DNA of 32,000 nucleotides from Pseudomonas aeruginosa (GTDB lineage Bacteria; Pseudomonadota; Gammaproteobacteria; Pseudomonadales; Pseudomonadaceae): NCBI RefSeq assembly GCF_001457615.1, contig NZ_LN831024.1, positions 900,001 to 932,000 of the forward strand, read 5' to 3'. Shown piece by piece: positions 7,551 to 17,930 of this stretch (position 1 is its first letter; each line of letters starts with the position of its first letter). The notes under the pieces were generated by a model. It saw only the letters and a program-made list of their open reading frames with translations, ran no database searches and was not told where the DNA came from. The position numbers and the translations under genes were made by a program.

Positions 7551-8855
7551 CTAAAGCCCCAGCAGCGAGCCCATGTCGACCATCAGTTGCAGGCCGACGA
7601 CGAAACCGTCTCCGCTCAGTTCGCGAGCGCCGGGGTTGTAGTAGTTGTCCGGGTTGAAGATGTACTGCACCGACGGCTCCAGCGCGATGTGCGGGGTCAG
7701 TGCGATGTGCGCATTGGTTTCCAGGGCGTACACGTCGCGCTGGCCGAGTTTCGCATCGCCTCCAGCGGCGATCCGCGCCTGGCGCTGGAACTCCAGCTGG
7801 TGATCGTTCAGGCGCAGGTAGCTGGCCTTGAGGTTGAGCTTGTCCCGCGTGCGGTCGAAGGGCGCATGGTAGGTCAGGCCCAGCTCGGCGAAATGACGGA
7901 ACGGCTGCTTGTCGTCGGCCGATACCGACAGCGAGCCGAACAGCCCCAGCGCCCTCGGCGAATCGAGGCGGCCGCCGTCGGCGCGCCAGAACAGCTGCTG
8001 GAACTTGAAGAAGCCGCCGGCGCTGCCGTGGTCGCTGGCGCCGGTGAGCGGGTCGACCTGGTTGGCGGTGTTCAGGTAGGCGTTGAGTTCATAGTGCGAG
8101 CGGTAGGGATCGAGGCTTTCCTCGCGCTTGTCGCCGATCCCCAGCAGCAGGCTGGTGCCGCTGGCGTCGTCGGTGCCGAAATCGAGGCCATGGCGCTTCT
8201 TCAGGTAATCCACCGGGTTGGACTCGAAGGCCCCGGCGTGCAGGTACAGGGTCGGGGTCGCCCGGTACTTCAAGTAGCCGCCCCAGGCGCCGTAGGGCGG
8301 CGGCAGGATGCCGGTGGAGGCGTCGATGATCGGGTCGTTGCAGGTGACCACGGTCTCGCAGTTGTAGATCAGGAAATAGCGCCGCGCATTGGTCCGTCCG
8401 AGATGGCTGTCGAGGCGTCCGCCCAGCCACTGCTGCTGCCAGGTGAGCAGGCTCAGCTGGTTGGCGCCGATGTCGTTGTGCAGCGGCGCGCCGCCGAAGT
8501 AGCTGCCCACCGCGCCCTGCCAGCTCGGCCCGGTGGGCTGACCGGTGCCGCGGTCGAGGATGAACAGGGTTTCCTCGATGTGCAGCGAGGCGCCGTCCAG
8601 GCCGGCGAGGGTGGCGAGGTCGAGGTCGGCGCCGAGGAACAGGTCGCCGCTGTTGCCGAAGCTGTGCTGGCGCGGGCCGGTGTCGAGGTTCTTCAGCGAC
8701 AGGCTCCAGAACTGCGCGTGGGTCTTCACGCCGTGGCGCTGGAGTCGTTCGCCGAACCCGGCCAGCGGGCCGCTGCGGCTGTCTTCGGCTGCCTGCGCGG
8801 AGAGACCGAGGAAACCGGCGCAGAGCAGCGCCGGCAAGGTGCGGAGGGTTTTCAT
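7551..8855 (-). CDS. OprB-family (carbohydrate-selective-type) outer-membrane porin
   Basis: Starts MKTLRTLPALLCAGFLGLSAQA (signal peptide) at 8855. The sequence is beta-rich with alternating polarity and has a C-terminal aromatic-rich end. The overall pattern is that of OprB-like porins. I remember it as PA4099, 'probable porin'. Confidence 0.75.
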   Translation of the reverse strand: MKTLRTLPALLCAGFLGLSAQAAEDSRSGPLAGFGERLQRHGVKTHAQFWSLSLKNLDTGPRQHSFGNSGDLFLGADLDLATLAGLDGASLHIEETLFILDRGTGQPTGPSWQGAVGSYFGGAPLHNDIGANQLSLLTWQQQWLGGRLDSHLGRTNARRYFLIYNCETVVTCNDPIIDASTGILPPPYGAWGGYLKYRATPTLYLHAGAFESNPVDYLKKRHGLDFGTDDASGTSLLLGIGDKREESLDPYRSHYELNAYLNTANQVDPLTGASDHGSAGGFFKFQQLFWRADGGRLDSPRALGLFGSLSVSADDKQPFRHFAELGLTYHAPFDRTRDKLNLKASYLRLNDHQLEFQRQARIAAGGDAKLGQRDVYALETNAHIALTPHIALEPSVQYIFNPDNYYNPGARELSGDGFVVGLQLMVDMGSLLGL

Positions 8856-8896
8856 GGCAAGGCACTCGTCTTGTTGTTGTTCTGTCGTGCGAATCG

Positions 8897-8917
8897 CTGT
8901 CCGCCCCAAGCGGACAG
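8897..8917 (-). terminator. GC hairpin between the SDR and the porin gene (attenuator or processing/stabiliser element; no U-tract)
   Basis: CTGTCCGC-cccaa-GCGGACAG is an 8-bp perfect stem, 23 nt downstream of the SDR stop on the minus strand. What follows on the transcript is CGAUUCGC, not a U-run. Confidence 0.3.
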
Positions 8918-8939
8918 GTGCATCCGGAGCGAAGGCGGC

Positions 8940-10734
<1,795 letters not shown>

Positions 10735-10738
<4 letters not shown>

Positions 10739-11994
10739 GGTTGGTTTCCTTGCAGGACGGAGGTAGGCGCGCTGCGCTGGCGCGCCAGCACGGCGGGCGC
10801 GGTTTCGCGCAGGAACAGCGAGAGGAACGCGGCGAGCAGGGCGCCGCCGCAGGACATCCACATGACGATGGACAGGCCGAAGCGGTCGGCGGCGAAGCCG
10901 GCCACGGTCGGCGCGAGGAAACCGCCGACCAGTTCGCCGAGGCCCATGATCAGGCCGAGGGCGGTGGCGATGACGCCGCGCGAGACGGTCTCCGCCGGGA
11001 TGGTTGCCATGAACAGGGTGAAGCAGCCGAGCCCGGTGTAGGTCAGCAGCAACAGCAGGCCGAGGCTGGTCGCGTTCGGCGCATAGAGCAGCGCCAGCGG
11101 GCAACACGCGGCGAGCAGGGAGAACGCCACCAGGGTCGGTCGACGGCCGATGCGATCGGATATCGCCGGTACGGCGAAGCCCCAGACCACCCAGGCGACG
11201 CCCAGGCAGCTCATCAGCCTGCCCATGGTCGCCGGGCTGAAGCCGCGGGCGTTGACCAGGAAGGTCGGGGTAAAGGAAATCAGCACGATGAACCAGGTGA
11301 CGAATACGCAACTGATCAGGGTGCAGAGCAGGATGTTGCGGCTCTTCAGCAGTGCCAGGCGCTTGCCTTTCGCTTCTTCTGCGCGCGGCGCCGGGCGCTG
11401 CGCGCGGGGCGGGTCGGGACGCACATGGCGCCAGATCAACCAGGCGATCAGCAGGCCCGGCAGCAACGAGACGATGAAGGCGTGACGCCAGCCGAGGGTT
11501 TCGGCCAGGGCCACCAGCAGCGGCGGGCCGATCACCGCGCCGAGCAGGCCGGCCGCCGAGCCCTGTAGCAGACCCATGTTGAGGCCGCGGCGATGTGGCG
11601 AGGAGGCCTCGACCATCAGCGATTGCGAGAGCGGCAGGATCGGCCCCTCGGCCAGGCCCATGATGCCGCGGAACAGCAGCAGGCTGAGGAAGCCGCCGAC
11701 CAGCCCGGACAGCGCCGAGCACAGCGAGAACAGGATCACCGCCACGATCAGCAGCGGCTTGCGCTGCCCGCGGCGGTCGGACCAGGCGCCGACCAGCGCG
11801 CCGGATACCGCCCAGGCCAGGGCCAGCACCGAGGAGAGCATGCCCAGGTGGCTGTTGCTCAGTTGCAGCTCCTGTTCCATGAAGGGAAACAGGAAGGACA
11901 GCGCCAGGCGGTCGAAGAAGACGAAGCCGAAGGTCAGGAACAGCACGCAGAGCAGGACGTTTTCGTAACTGGCGGAATTGTTGTTATGCGCCAT
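10735..11994 (-). CDS. MFS transporter, anion:cation-symporter type (aromatic-acid/HpaX-like permease)
   Basis: Starts MAHNNNSASYENVLLCVLFLTFGFVFFDRL at 11994, giving 419 aa and 12 predicted TM helices. The MFS loop motif is GAWSDRRGQRKPLL. The track ORF start at 12219 adds 75 non-membrane residues. Confidence 0.82.
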
Positions 11995-12030
11995 GTCGGT
12001 CTCCAGGCCGGGCGGGCCGGCCGGCGGGGA

Positions 12031-12059
12031 GGCGCGCGTCCGCCAGGGCGGCGCGCGCC
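12031..12059 (-). other. Strong GC intercistronic hairpin between the dioxygenase and MFS genes
   Basis: GGCGCGCG-t-CCGC-cagg-GCGG-CGCGCGCC forms 12 bp of G/C pairs with one bulge. It sits in the 70-nt gap between the stop at 12065 and the start at 11994. There is no U-tract. Confidence 0.4.
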
Positions 12060-12064
12060 CGGGG

Positions 12065-12598
12065 TCAGCGGAACAGGGAGTCGATGTAGGCGGCGCCGAC
12101 GCCGATCTTGTCGTAGTGCTCACGGCACATCGCGATGTAGTCGTGGACGTCGAAGATGCCGTCCGCGTTGCCCTTCTCGTCGAGCCAGACCAGCGGTCCC
12201 TTGACGATGAAGAATGCACGCATCGGCTGCTCGTGCTCGTAGGCCACCAGGGTGTGGCCCTCGCCGGGCGTCTCGTAGACGAAGTCGCCGGCGGTGGCGG
12301 TCCAGTCGTGCTCCAGGTAGCCCCACTTGCCGCTGATGGTGTAGGCGAACACCTCGTGCGGGTGGTAGTGGCGGTTGACCAGGCCGGCGCTCGTCGCCAT
12401 CAGGATGTCGCACCAGCGGTTTTCGCTTGGCGAGATCCACAGCGGACGCGACTTCACGGTCTCGGTGAAGGGCACGTAGAGGCGCTCGTCCTCGGTCGGC
12501 GCGTTGCGCAGGTAGACCTCGGGCTTGGCGTCCGGCTTGAAGCAGTCGGGAATCGGTTGCAGGTCTTTCCAGAATTCACGGGTGGCGAGTTCGGGCAT
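12065..12598 (-). CDS. Cupin-fold dioxygenase, 2,4'-dihydroxyacetophenone dioxygenase (DAD) family
   Basis: 177 aa, the same length class as the characterised Alcaligenes DAD as I remember it. The cupin metal motifs NRHYHPHEVFAYTISGKWGY and PGEGHTL are present. An AGAGG SD sits upstream. Confidence 0.75.
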   Translation of the reverse strand: MPELATREFWKDLQPIPDCFKPDAKPEVYLRNAPTEDERLYVPFTETVKSRPLWISPSENRWCDILMATSAGLVNRHYHPHEVFAYTISGKWGYLEHDWTATAGDFVYETPGEGHTLVAYEHEQPMRAFFIVKGPLVWLDEKGNADGIFDVHDYIAMCREHYDKIGVGAAYIDSLFR

Positions 12599-12916
12599 GG
12601 GGCGGCCTCTGTCGTTGTTATCGTCGAGCCGACTCTAGCCATGGGCGGGCCTCCGGGTTTGACCCTGGCGGCCAGGAAGCTTGCGCTTTTCGGACATGGC
12701 CTGGCGCGACCCGCGACGCGCCGCCAAGCTGGCCTGCCCAGCGTCGGAGCCGGCTGGAGGGCGATTGACGGAGGAAAGGATTCAGATGTTAATGACGGGG
12801 TGCCAGGCGCCTCGCCGACCGACCGCGACAGGTCGGCGGAGCGGCCCGGCGCCTGGCCCCGGAGGCCTTGCCTGAGGTCCGGGAGGTCCACGCAGCGTTC
12901 GACGAGAAGAATAAAA

Positions 12917-13876
12917 ATGCCCGCACATGCCTTGCTCGAAACCCGGCGGGCCAGCACCCAGGACATTCCCCTGGAGCAGCGGCTGGCGTTCTGGGAGGAC
13001 TACAACGCTTCCATCCTGGTTGGCCTGAAATGTTCGTCGTATTCCCAGGCCGGCTTCGCCGCGACCCAGGACAACCTCTGCCTCGAACGCCTGCGGCTGG
13101 CCCGCATCGGCGGCAACGAGCACGTGGTGGAGCGCGACCGCTCGATGATCCGCGCAGTGCCCAAGGAGTCGATCTTCGTCTCCCTGGTGCAGGGCAGCCA
13201 GTCGTTCTTCTACCAGGACAACGGCTGCAACCTCCTGCAACCGGGCGAGCTGGTTATCTACCGGACCGACAAGCCCTACCTGTTCGGTTTTTCCGGACCG
13301 ATGCGGCAGTTCATCTTCGACATTCCCCAGGACGATTTCGCCGAGCGCTGCCTGCGCGACTTCAAGGGACCGCTGAAGATCGGCGCGGAAAGCCCGGTGC
13401 AGCGCCTGCTGGTGCGGACCCTCGGCGAGCGTACCCGGGATTTCCTCGACAGCCCCCATGGCGAGGATGCCGAGCGCTACCAGGAGGAAGCCTACGACCT
13501 GCTGGCGAGCATCATCAGCGACCATGCCGGCGAGCACCGTGCCAGCGCCCTGGGCGCGTCCTACCTGCTGGCGGCCAAGCAGTACATCCAGCAGCATCTC
13601 GACGAACCCGCCCTGAGCTGCGAGCGGGTGGCCGCCGCCACTGGCGTCTCCAGCCGGCACCTGGCGCGGCTGTTCGCCCAGGAAGGCAGCTCGCCCGGGC
13701 GCTACCTGCAGGAGCGGCGCCTGGAACGGGCCCGCCAGTTGCTCGCTTCGCCCCAGGGCCGGCGCCTGGATGTCGCCGAGGTCGCCTATCGCCACGGCTT
13801 CTCCAGCCAGGCGCATTTCGCCCGGGCCTTCAAGGCGCGCTACGGGATGACGCCGAGCGAGGCGCGTGGCCGCTAG
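12917..13876 (+). CDS. AraC/XylS-family transcriptional regulator
   Basis: ATG at 12917 (MPAHALLETRRAS...), 319 aa. The C-terminal double HTH includes CERVAAATGVSSRHLARLF...VAYRHGFSSQAHFARAFKARYGMTPSEAR. The gene is divergent from the dioxygenase across a 318-bp gap. The 632-aa track ORF is upstream read-through in a high-GC frame. Confidence 0.88.
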   Translation: MPAHALLETRRASTQDIPLEQRLAFWEDYNASILVGLKCSSYSQAGFAATQDNLCLERLRLARIGGNEHVVERDRSMIRAVPKESIFVSLVQGSQSFFYQDNGCNLLQPGELVIYRTDKPYLFGFSGPMRQFIFDIPQDDFAERCLRDFKGPLKIGAESPVQRLLVRTLGERTRDFLDSPHGEDAERYQEEAYDLLASIISDHAGEHRASALGASYLLAAKQYIQQHLDEPALSCERVAAATGVSSRHLARLFAQEGSSPGRYLQERRLERARQLLASPQGRRLDVAEVAYRHGFSSQAHFARAFKARYGMTPSEARGR

Positions 13877-13923
13877 ACCCGACTACCGTACCTTTCCTCC
13901 TCCTACTGCCAAGGACCCGTTCC

Positions 13924-14340
13924 GTGACCGACAAGAAAGAGCAGATCGCCCGTTTCATCCAGCGCGAATTTCCCCAGACCCGGGTCGTGGTCGAAGCCGT
14001 CGGCGAGCGTAGCGCCACGGTCTGGCAGGCGGTCGACGCCAGCGACCTGCGCCCCGGCGGCACGGTCTCCGGGCCGACCCTGATGGCCATCGCCGATGTC
14101 GCGCTGTACGTGGCGGTGCTGGGCGAGATCGGCATCGTCCCGCTGGCGGTGACCACCAGCCTGACCATCAACTTCCTGCGGCGTCCCGCGGCGGACCGCC
14201 GGGTGGTCGCCGAGTGCCGCCTGATGAAGGTCGGCAAGACCCTGGCGATGGGCGAGGTCTCGCTGTTCTCCGAAGGCGACGCGGAACCGGTCGCCCATGT
14301 GGTCGGCACCTACTCGATCCCGCCGGCGCACCGCCGCTGA
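13924..14340 (+). CDS. PaaI/4HBT-type hotdog-fold thioesterase
   Basis: Starts at GTG 13924 (V/MTDKKEQIARFIQ...), with AAGGA 7-11 nt upstream and no in-frame ATG nearby. The motifs GGTVSGPTLMAIADVALY and TSLTINFLRRP are typical of PaaI-family thioesterases. It lies 47 nt after the AraC stop. Confidence 0.72.
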   Translation: MTDKKEQIARFIQREFPQTRVVVEAVGERSATVWQAVDASDLRPGGTVSGPTLMAIADVALYVAVLGEIGIVPLAVTTSLTINFLRRPAADRRVVAECRLMKVGKTLAMGEVSLFSEGDAEPVAHVVGTYSIPPAHRR

Positions 14341-14403
14341 GGGCCTGGCCGGGTTCTCGGCGGCGGCTTCGAAACGCTGGCGGAGGATTCCTGGAGGCGC
14401 CGT

Positions 14404-14916
14404 TCAGGCCGCCCGCCGGGGGCATTGCAGGCGATGGAAGCTGCGGCTGAAGTAGACCAGGCCGTCGCCCTGTTCGAGGACCTGGATGTCCTCCAGTTCC
14501 AGCAACAGCACCGAGTGGGTGCCGATCTCCTGGACCTCGGCGATGCGTCCCTGCAGGTTGGCCAGGGCGCCGTGCAGCACCGGCAACCCGGCGAGGCCCT
14601 CGCGCCAGTCGTGGAGGGCGAAGCGGCGTTCCATCGGGACCTCGGTCATGCCGGCGAAGTGGCGGGCCACCTCTTCGTGTTCGCCGCTGAGGACGTTCAC
14701 GCAGAGTCGACCGTTGGCCTTGAACACCGTGTTCATCTCGCTGTTGCGGTTGATGCAGAGCATCAGCGTCGGCGGGCTGTCGGTGACCGAGCAGACCGCG
14801 GTGGCGGTGATCCCGCAGCGTCCGGCCGGGCCGTTGCTGGTGATCACGTTGACCGCCGCCGAAAGATGCGCCATGGCGTTGCGGAAGGCTTGCTGCCTGG
14901 GTTCGAGCTGGGACAT
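14404..14916 (-). CDS. hpaC: 4-hydroxyphenylacetate 3-monooxygenase, flavin reductase component
   Basis: Starts MSQLEPRQQAFRNAMAHLSAAVNVITS at 14916, giving 170 aa, which is HpaC length. It has a flavin-reductase-like fold pattern and a GGAGG SD. It lies 29 nt downstream of hpaB. The 599-aa track ORF runs out of frame through hpaB. Confidence 0.88.
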   Translation of the reverse strand: MSQLEPRQQAFRNAMAHLSAAVNVITSNGPAGRCGITATAVCSVTDSPPTLMLCINRNSEMNTVFKANGRLCVNVLSGEHEEVARHFAGMTEVPMERRFALHDWREGLAGLPVLHGALANLQGRIAEVQEIGTHSVLLLELEDIQVLEQGDGLVYFSRSFHRLQCPRRAA

Positions 14917-14945
14917 GGGGATAACCTCCGGAGGCGACGCGGGCG

Positions 14946-16511
14946 TCATTGGCGGATGCGATCGAGCACGTTGATGTCGTCCGGGTTGTGCAGGTGCGGC
15001 ACGGTCCAGCCGTTCTCGTCGTAGTCGCCCATGCACTGCTCGACCATGCCGAGCATGCCCTTCATCGCCCCGCTGCCGATCGCCTGGCGCAGGGCCTGCA
15101 TGCGGATCTCGTCCTGGCTGCCGGCGTAGTTGATCTCGTACAGCTCGTGGCGGCCGCCGAACTCGCTGCCGATGGCGTCCCAGAGCAGCTTGAGGATCTT
15201 GATCCGCTCCCGGTGGCCCATGCCGCCGGAGCCGCGGCAATAGGTGGAGAGGTACTTGTCGAGTTGCGGATTGTGCAGGTCGCGAACGCCGGAGGGCAGG
15301 TAGATCAGGCCGCTGGCGACCACCTGCTCGATGGTCTTCTTGATCTCCGGGTAGGCCTGCGGCGCCAGCACGCGGTAGGCCTGCAGGGCCTCGGCGCTGG
15401 GTAGGAAGGCGCCGCTGTGCCATTCGCTGGCGTTGCCGTACATGGCGTCGGTCAGCGACCAGAACAGGTTGCGCCAGGCCACCACTTCGCCGACCTGCGC
15501 CTGCACGCCGCGGAACTCCAGGGAGCCGGTGCATTGCAGGGCCTTGTAGAGGGCGCCGGTGATGAAGTCGAGCTTGACCGCCAGGCGGGTGCAGCCCTGC
15601 ATCGGGAACAGCCGGCCGAAGCCACCCTGGGGGAACCACTGCTTGCAGCGCTCGAAGTCGCGGTAGATCAGTACGTTCTCCCAGGGGATGAACACCTTGT
15701 CCATCACCAGGATCGCGTCGTTCTCGTCGAAACGGCTGGACAGCGGGTAGTCGAACGGCGATCCGGCGATACCCGCCACCAGTTCGTAGGAGGGGCGGCA
15801 GATCAGCTTCATGCCGGGGGTGTTCATCGGCGCGATGAACATCAGGGCGAAGTCGGTGTTGTCGCCGAGCAGTTGCGCCGAACCCTGGCCGACGAAGTTG
15901 TAGTGGGTCAGCGCGGAATTCGTGGCGACCACCTTGGCGCCGCTGACGACGATGCCGCCGTCGACTTCCTCGTCCACCGAGATGAACACGTCCTTGACCT
16001 GGTCCACCGGCTTGTCGCGGTCGATCGGCGGGTTGACGATGGCATGGTTGAGGTACAGGCAGGCTTCCTGGATGCGCTTGTACCAGGTTTTCGCGTTGTC
16101 CTCGAAACGCCCGTAGAAGCCCGGGTTGGCGCCGAGGGCGCTGCCGAAGGCGGCCTTGTAGTCCGGGGTGCGGCCCATCCAGCCGTAGGTCAGCCGCGAC
16201 CACTCGGCGATGGCGTCGCGCTGCTGGCGCAGTTCGTCGGCGCTGCGCGCGTAGCGGAAGAACTTGTGGGTATAGCCGCCGTTGCCGGTATCGGTCTCCC
16301 AGCAGAGCTTTTCCTTGCTCTGCGGATCGTGCAGGGCGTCGTACAGCCGGGCCATGGAGGCGGCCGCGTTGCGGAAGGCGGGGTGGCTGGTGACGTCCTT
16401 GACGCGGTCGCCGTAGATGTAGATCTCACGGTCGTCGCGCAGGCTGGCGAGGTACTCCTCGCCGGTGAACGGACGGGTGGCAGAGGCACGGAAATCTTCG
16501 GGTTTCATCAT
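14946..16511 (-). CDS. hpaB: 4-hydroxyphenylacetate 3-monooxygenase, oxygenase (large) component (HpaB type; annotated hpaA/PA4091 in PAO1 as I recall)
   Basis: 521 aa starting MMKPEDFRASATRPFTGEEYLASLRDDREIYIYGDRV, with full-length resemblance to E. coli HpaB-type two-component flavin monooxygenases. A GGAG SD is present. The start could be either of the two tandem ATGs (16511 or 16508). Confidence 0.9.
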   Translation of the reverse strand: MMKPEDFRASATRPFTGEEYLASLRDDREIYIYGDRVKDVTSHPAFRNAAASMARLYDALHDPQSKEKLCWETDTGNGGYTHKFFRYARSADELRQQRDAIAEWSRLTYGWMGRTPDYKAAFGSALGANPGFYGRFEDNAKTWYKRIQEACLYLNHAIVNPPIDRDKPVDQVKDVFISVDEEVDGGIVVSGAKVVATNSALTHYNFVGQGSAQLLGDNTDFALMFIAPMNTPGMKLICRPSYELVAGIAGSPFDYPLSSRFDENDAILVMDKVFIPWENVLIYRDFERCKQWFPQGGFGRLFPMQGCTRLAVKLDFITGALYKALQCTGSLEFRGVQAQVGEVVAWRNLFWSLTDAMYGNASEWHSGAFLPSAEALQAYRVLAPQAYPEIKKTIEQVVASGLIYLPSGVRDLHNPQLDKYLSTYCRGSGGMGHRERIKILKLLWDAIGSEFGGRHELYEINYAGSQDEIRMQALRQAIGSGAMKGMLGMVEQCMGDYDENGWTVPHLHNPDDINVLDRIRQ

Positions 16512-16632
16512 CGTCTCCAGTCATTGTTGTTATCTGCGCGAGAGCGCCTGGAGGGGATGATGGGACGGGGGCGGAGCGAGCTGAATGGCTTTTCCGGGGA
16601 ATGAATTGCACTTTCCATGGCCCCGCGTGACG

Positions 16633-16655
16633 CCCGGCCGCGAAGGGCGGCCGGG
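16633..16655 (-). terminator. Hairpin downstream of the DUF2218 gene (possible terminator/attenuator, no U-tract)
   Basis: CCCGGCCGC-gaagg-GCGGCCGGG is a perfect 9-bp GC stem, 12 nt after the stop at 16667 on the minus strand. Confidence 0.4.
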
Positions 16656-16666
16656 TGGCGGCGCGT

Positions 16667-16957
16667 TCAGCTTTCGGCGGGCTGCCAGGCAATCTCCAGG
16701 CTTTCGCTGTTGGCCATGCGCTGCAGGTGATCGGCGACCACGTTCTGCATGTGGGCGAGGCTGTCCTCGTCGGGGCTGTTGAGAGTCATCAGGACATGGT
16801 CGGGGTGGGCGAGCAGCTCGCAGTTGGAGTCGCCGAAGTCGATGAAGCCGCGCTCGGGTGTGAGTTCGACTTCGAACTTGTGGCCCCAGTGCTTGCACAG
16901 GCGATTGACGTAGCGTGCCGCCGATTCGGTACGGACATGGGAGGTGGAGCGGAACAT
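16667..16957 (-). CDS. DUF2218-family small protein
   Basis: 96 aa. MFRSTSHVRTESAARYVNRLCKHWGHKFEVELTPERGFIDF matches the DUF2218 pattern I remember (ARYlqqLCKHfaHK). A GAGAGGA SD is present. Confidence 0.65.
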   Translation of the reverse strand: MFRSTSHVRTESAARYVNRLCKHWGHKFEVELTPERGFIDFGDSNCELLAHPDHVLMTLNSPDEDSLAHMQNVVADHLQRMANSESLEIAWQPAES

Positions 16958-17168
16958 GAAGCGAATCCTCTCGGTTGGGGATTTCCGATACTAACCTGCT
17001 GAGAGTCATTCTTATTCATCCATTTTGCAGGGGCTTTCGATAATCGCCCGGCAAATGGTCGGCCCTTGTCCGTGGGACAGGGCGAGCGCCCTACCGGAGC
17101 CGGCGGAAGTGTTTGCCGGATACGTCGAAAGCGCTCTCTCTGGAGGGAGAGGGCGAACGCCAGCGGCT

Positions 17169-17930
17169 TCAGGCCAGCCCGCCGTTTTCCGGCAGCAACG
17201 CGCCGCCATCCACAACCAGGGTCTGCCCGGTGATGTAGCTCGCCTCGTCGGAGGCGAGGAAGAGCATGGCGTGGGCGATGTCCAGCGGCTGGCCGACACG
17301 CCCGAGGGGGATGTGCGCGGCCAGCGCGGCGGCGTCGCCGAGGCTGCCCAGCGCCGGAGTCGCGACCAGGCCGGGCTCGACGCCGTTGACGGTGATGCCG
17401 TCGCCGGCCAGCTCCAGCGCGGCGGCGCGGATGAAACCGTTGACCCCGGCCTTGCTCGCCGCATAGTGCGAGAGCCCAGGGATCGCCGTGCGCGGGCCGG
17501 TCACCGAGGAGGTCACCAGGACGCGCCCGGCCACGCTGCGGCGCAGGGCGGGAAGGGCGGCCTGGGTCAGCCGGAAGCAGCTTTTCAGGTTCACCGCCAG
17601 GGTCCGTTCCAGGGTGCCTTCGTCCAGTTCCGCGAGGGCGCACTGGGGAAAGGCAGCGGCGTTGTGCAGGAGGATGTCCAACTGGCCGAAGCGCTCCAGG
17701 GTCGCGCTCACCGCTCGTCTCGCGGCGTCGTGCTCGCTCAGGTCGACGGCCAGCAGTTCGGCCGTGCCTCCGCCCAGGCGGATCGCCTCCAGGACGGCCT
17801 GGCCGCGGCTGGCGGTACGCGTCGCCAGCAGAACCCTGGCGCCTTCGGCGGCGAAGCATTCGGCGATGGCCCGGCCGATGCCCTGGCCGGCGCCGGTGAC
17901 CAGTGCGACGCGGTTCTCCAAGCGCCTCAC
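17169..17930 (-). CDS. Short-chain dehydrogenase/reductase (SDR)
   Basis: Starts at GTG 17930 (V/MRRLENRVALVTGAGQGIGRAIA), overlapping the aminotransferase stop as GTGA. It has TGxxxGIG, NAA, S...YAASK and VDGG. The track ORF to 18455 is an out-of-frame run-on. Confidence 0.85.
   Translation of the reverse strand: MRRLENRVALVTGAGQGIGRAIAECFAAEGARVLLATRTASRGQAVLEAIRLGGGTAELLAVDLSEHDAARRAVSATLERFGQLDILLHNAAAFPQCALAELDEGTLERTLAVNLKSCFRLTQAALPALRRSVAGRVLVTSSVTGPRTAIPGLSHYAASKAGVNGFIRAAALELAGDGITVNGVEPGLVATPALGSLGDAAALAAHIPLGRVGQPLDIAHAMLFLASDEASYITGQTLVVDGGALLPENGGLA

Noticed and set aside
14404-16203. Long N-terminal extensions of track ORFs (e.g. 14404..16203, 9680..11722, 8940..10433, 17927..20173, 17169..18455, 4359..5633, 3058..4668, 11978..13876, 12868..14340)
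   Set aside because: In each case the homologous, motif-bearing protein begins at an internal start with an SD or a start/stop overlap. The upstream part runs out of frame through the neighbouring gene with Arg/Pro/Gly-rich nonsense. I therefore shortened the genes.
16560-16620. Possible sigma-54 promoter (TGGAAAGTGCAATTC on the minus strand) upstream of hpaB
   Set aside because: The GG and GC dinucleotides are about 7 nt apart instead of the required 10. The sequence does not fit the -24/-12 geometry.
17000-17040. AT-rich patch (GGATGAATAAGAATGACTCTC on the minus strand) upstream of the DUF2218 gene, considered as a Fur/Zur box
   Set aside because: Position-by-position comparison with the 19-bp Fur consensus GATAATGATAATCATTATC gives only scattered matches and no dyad symmetry.
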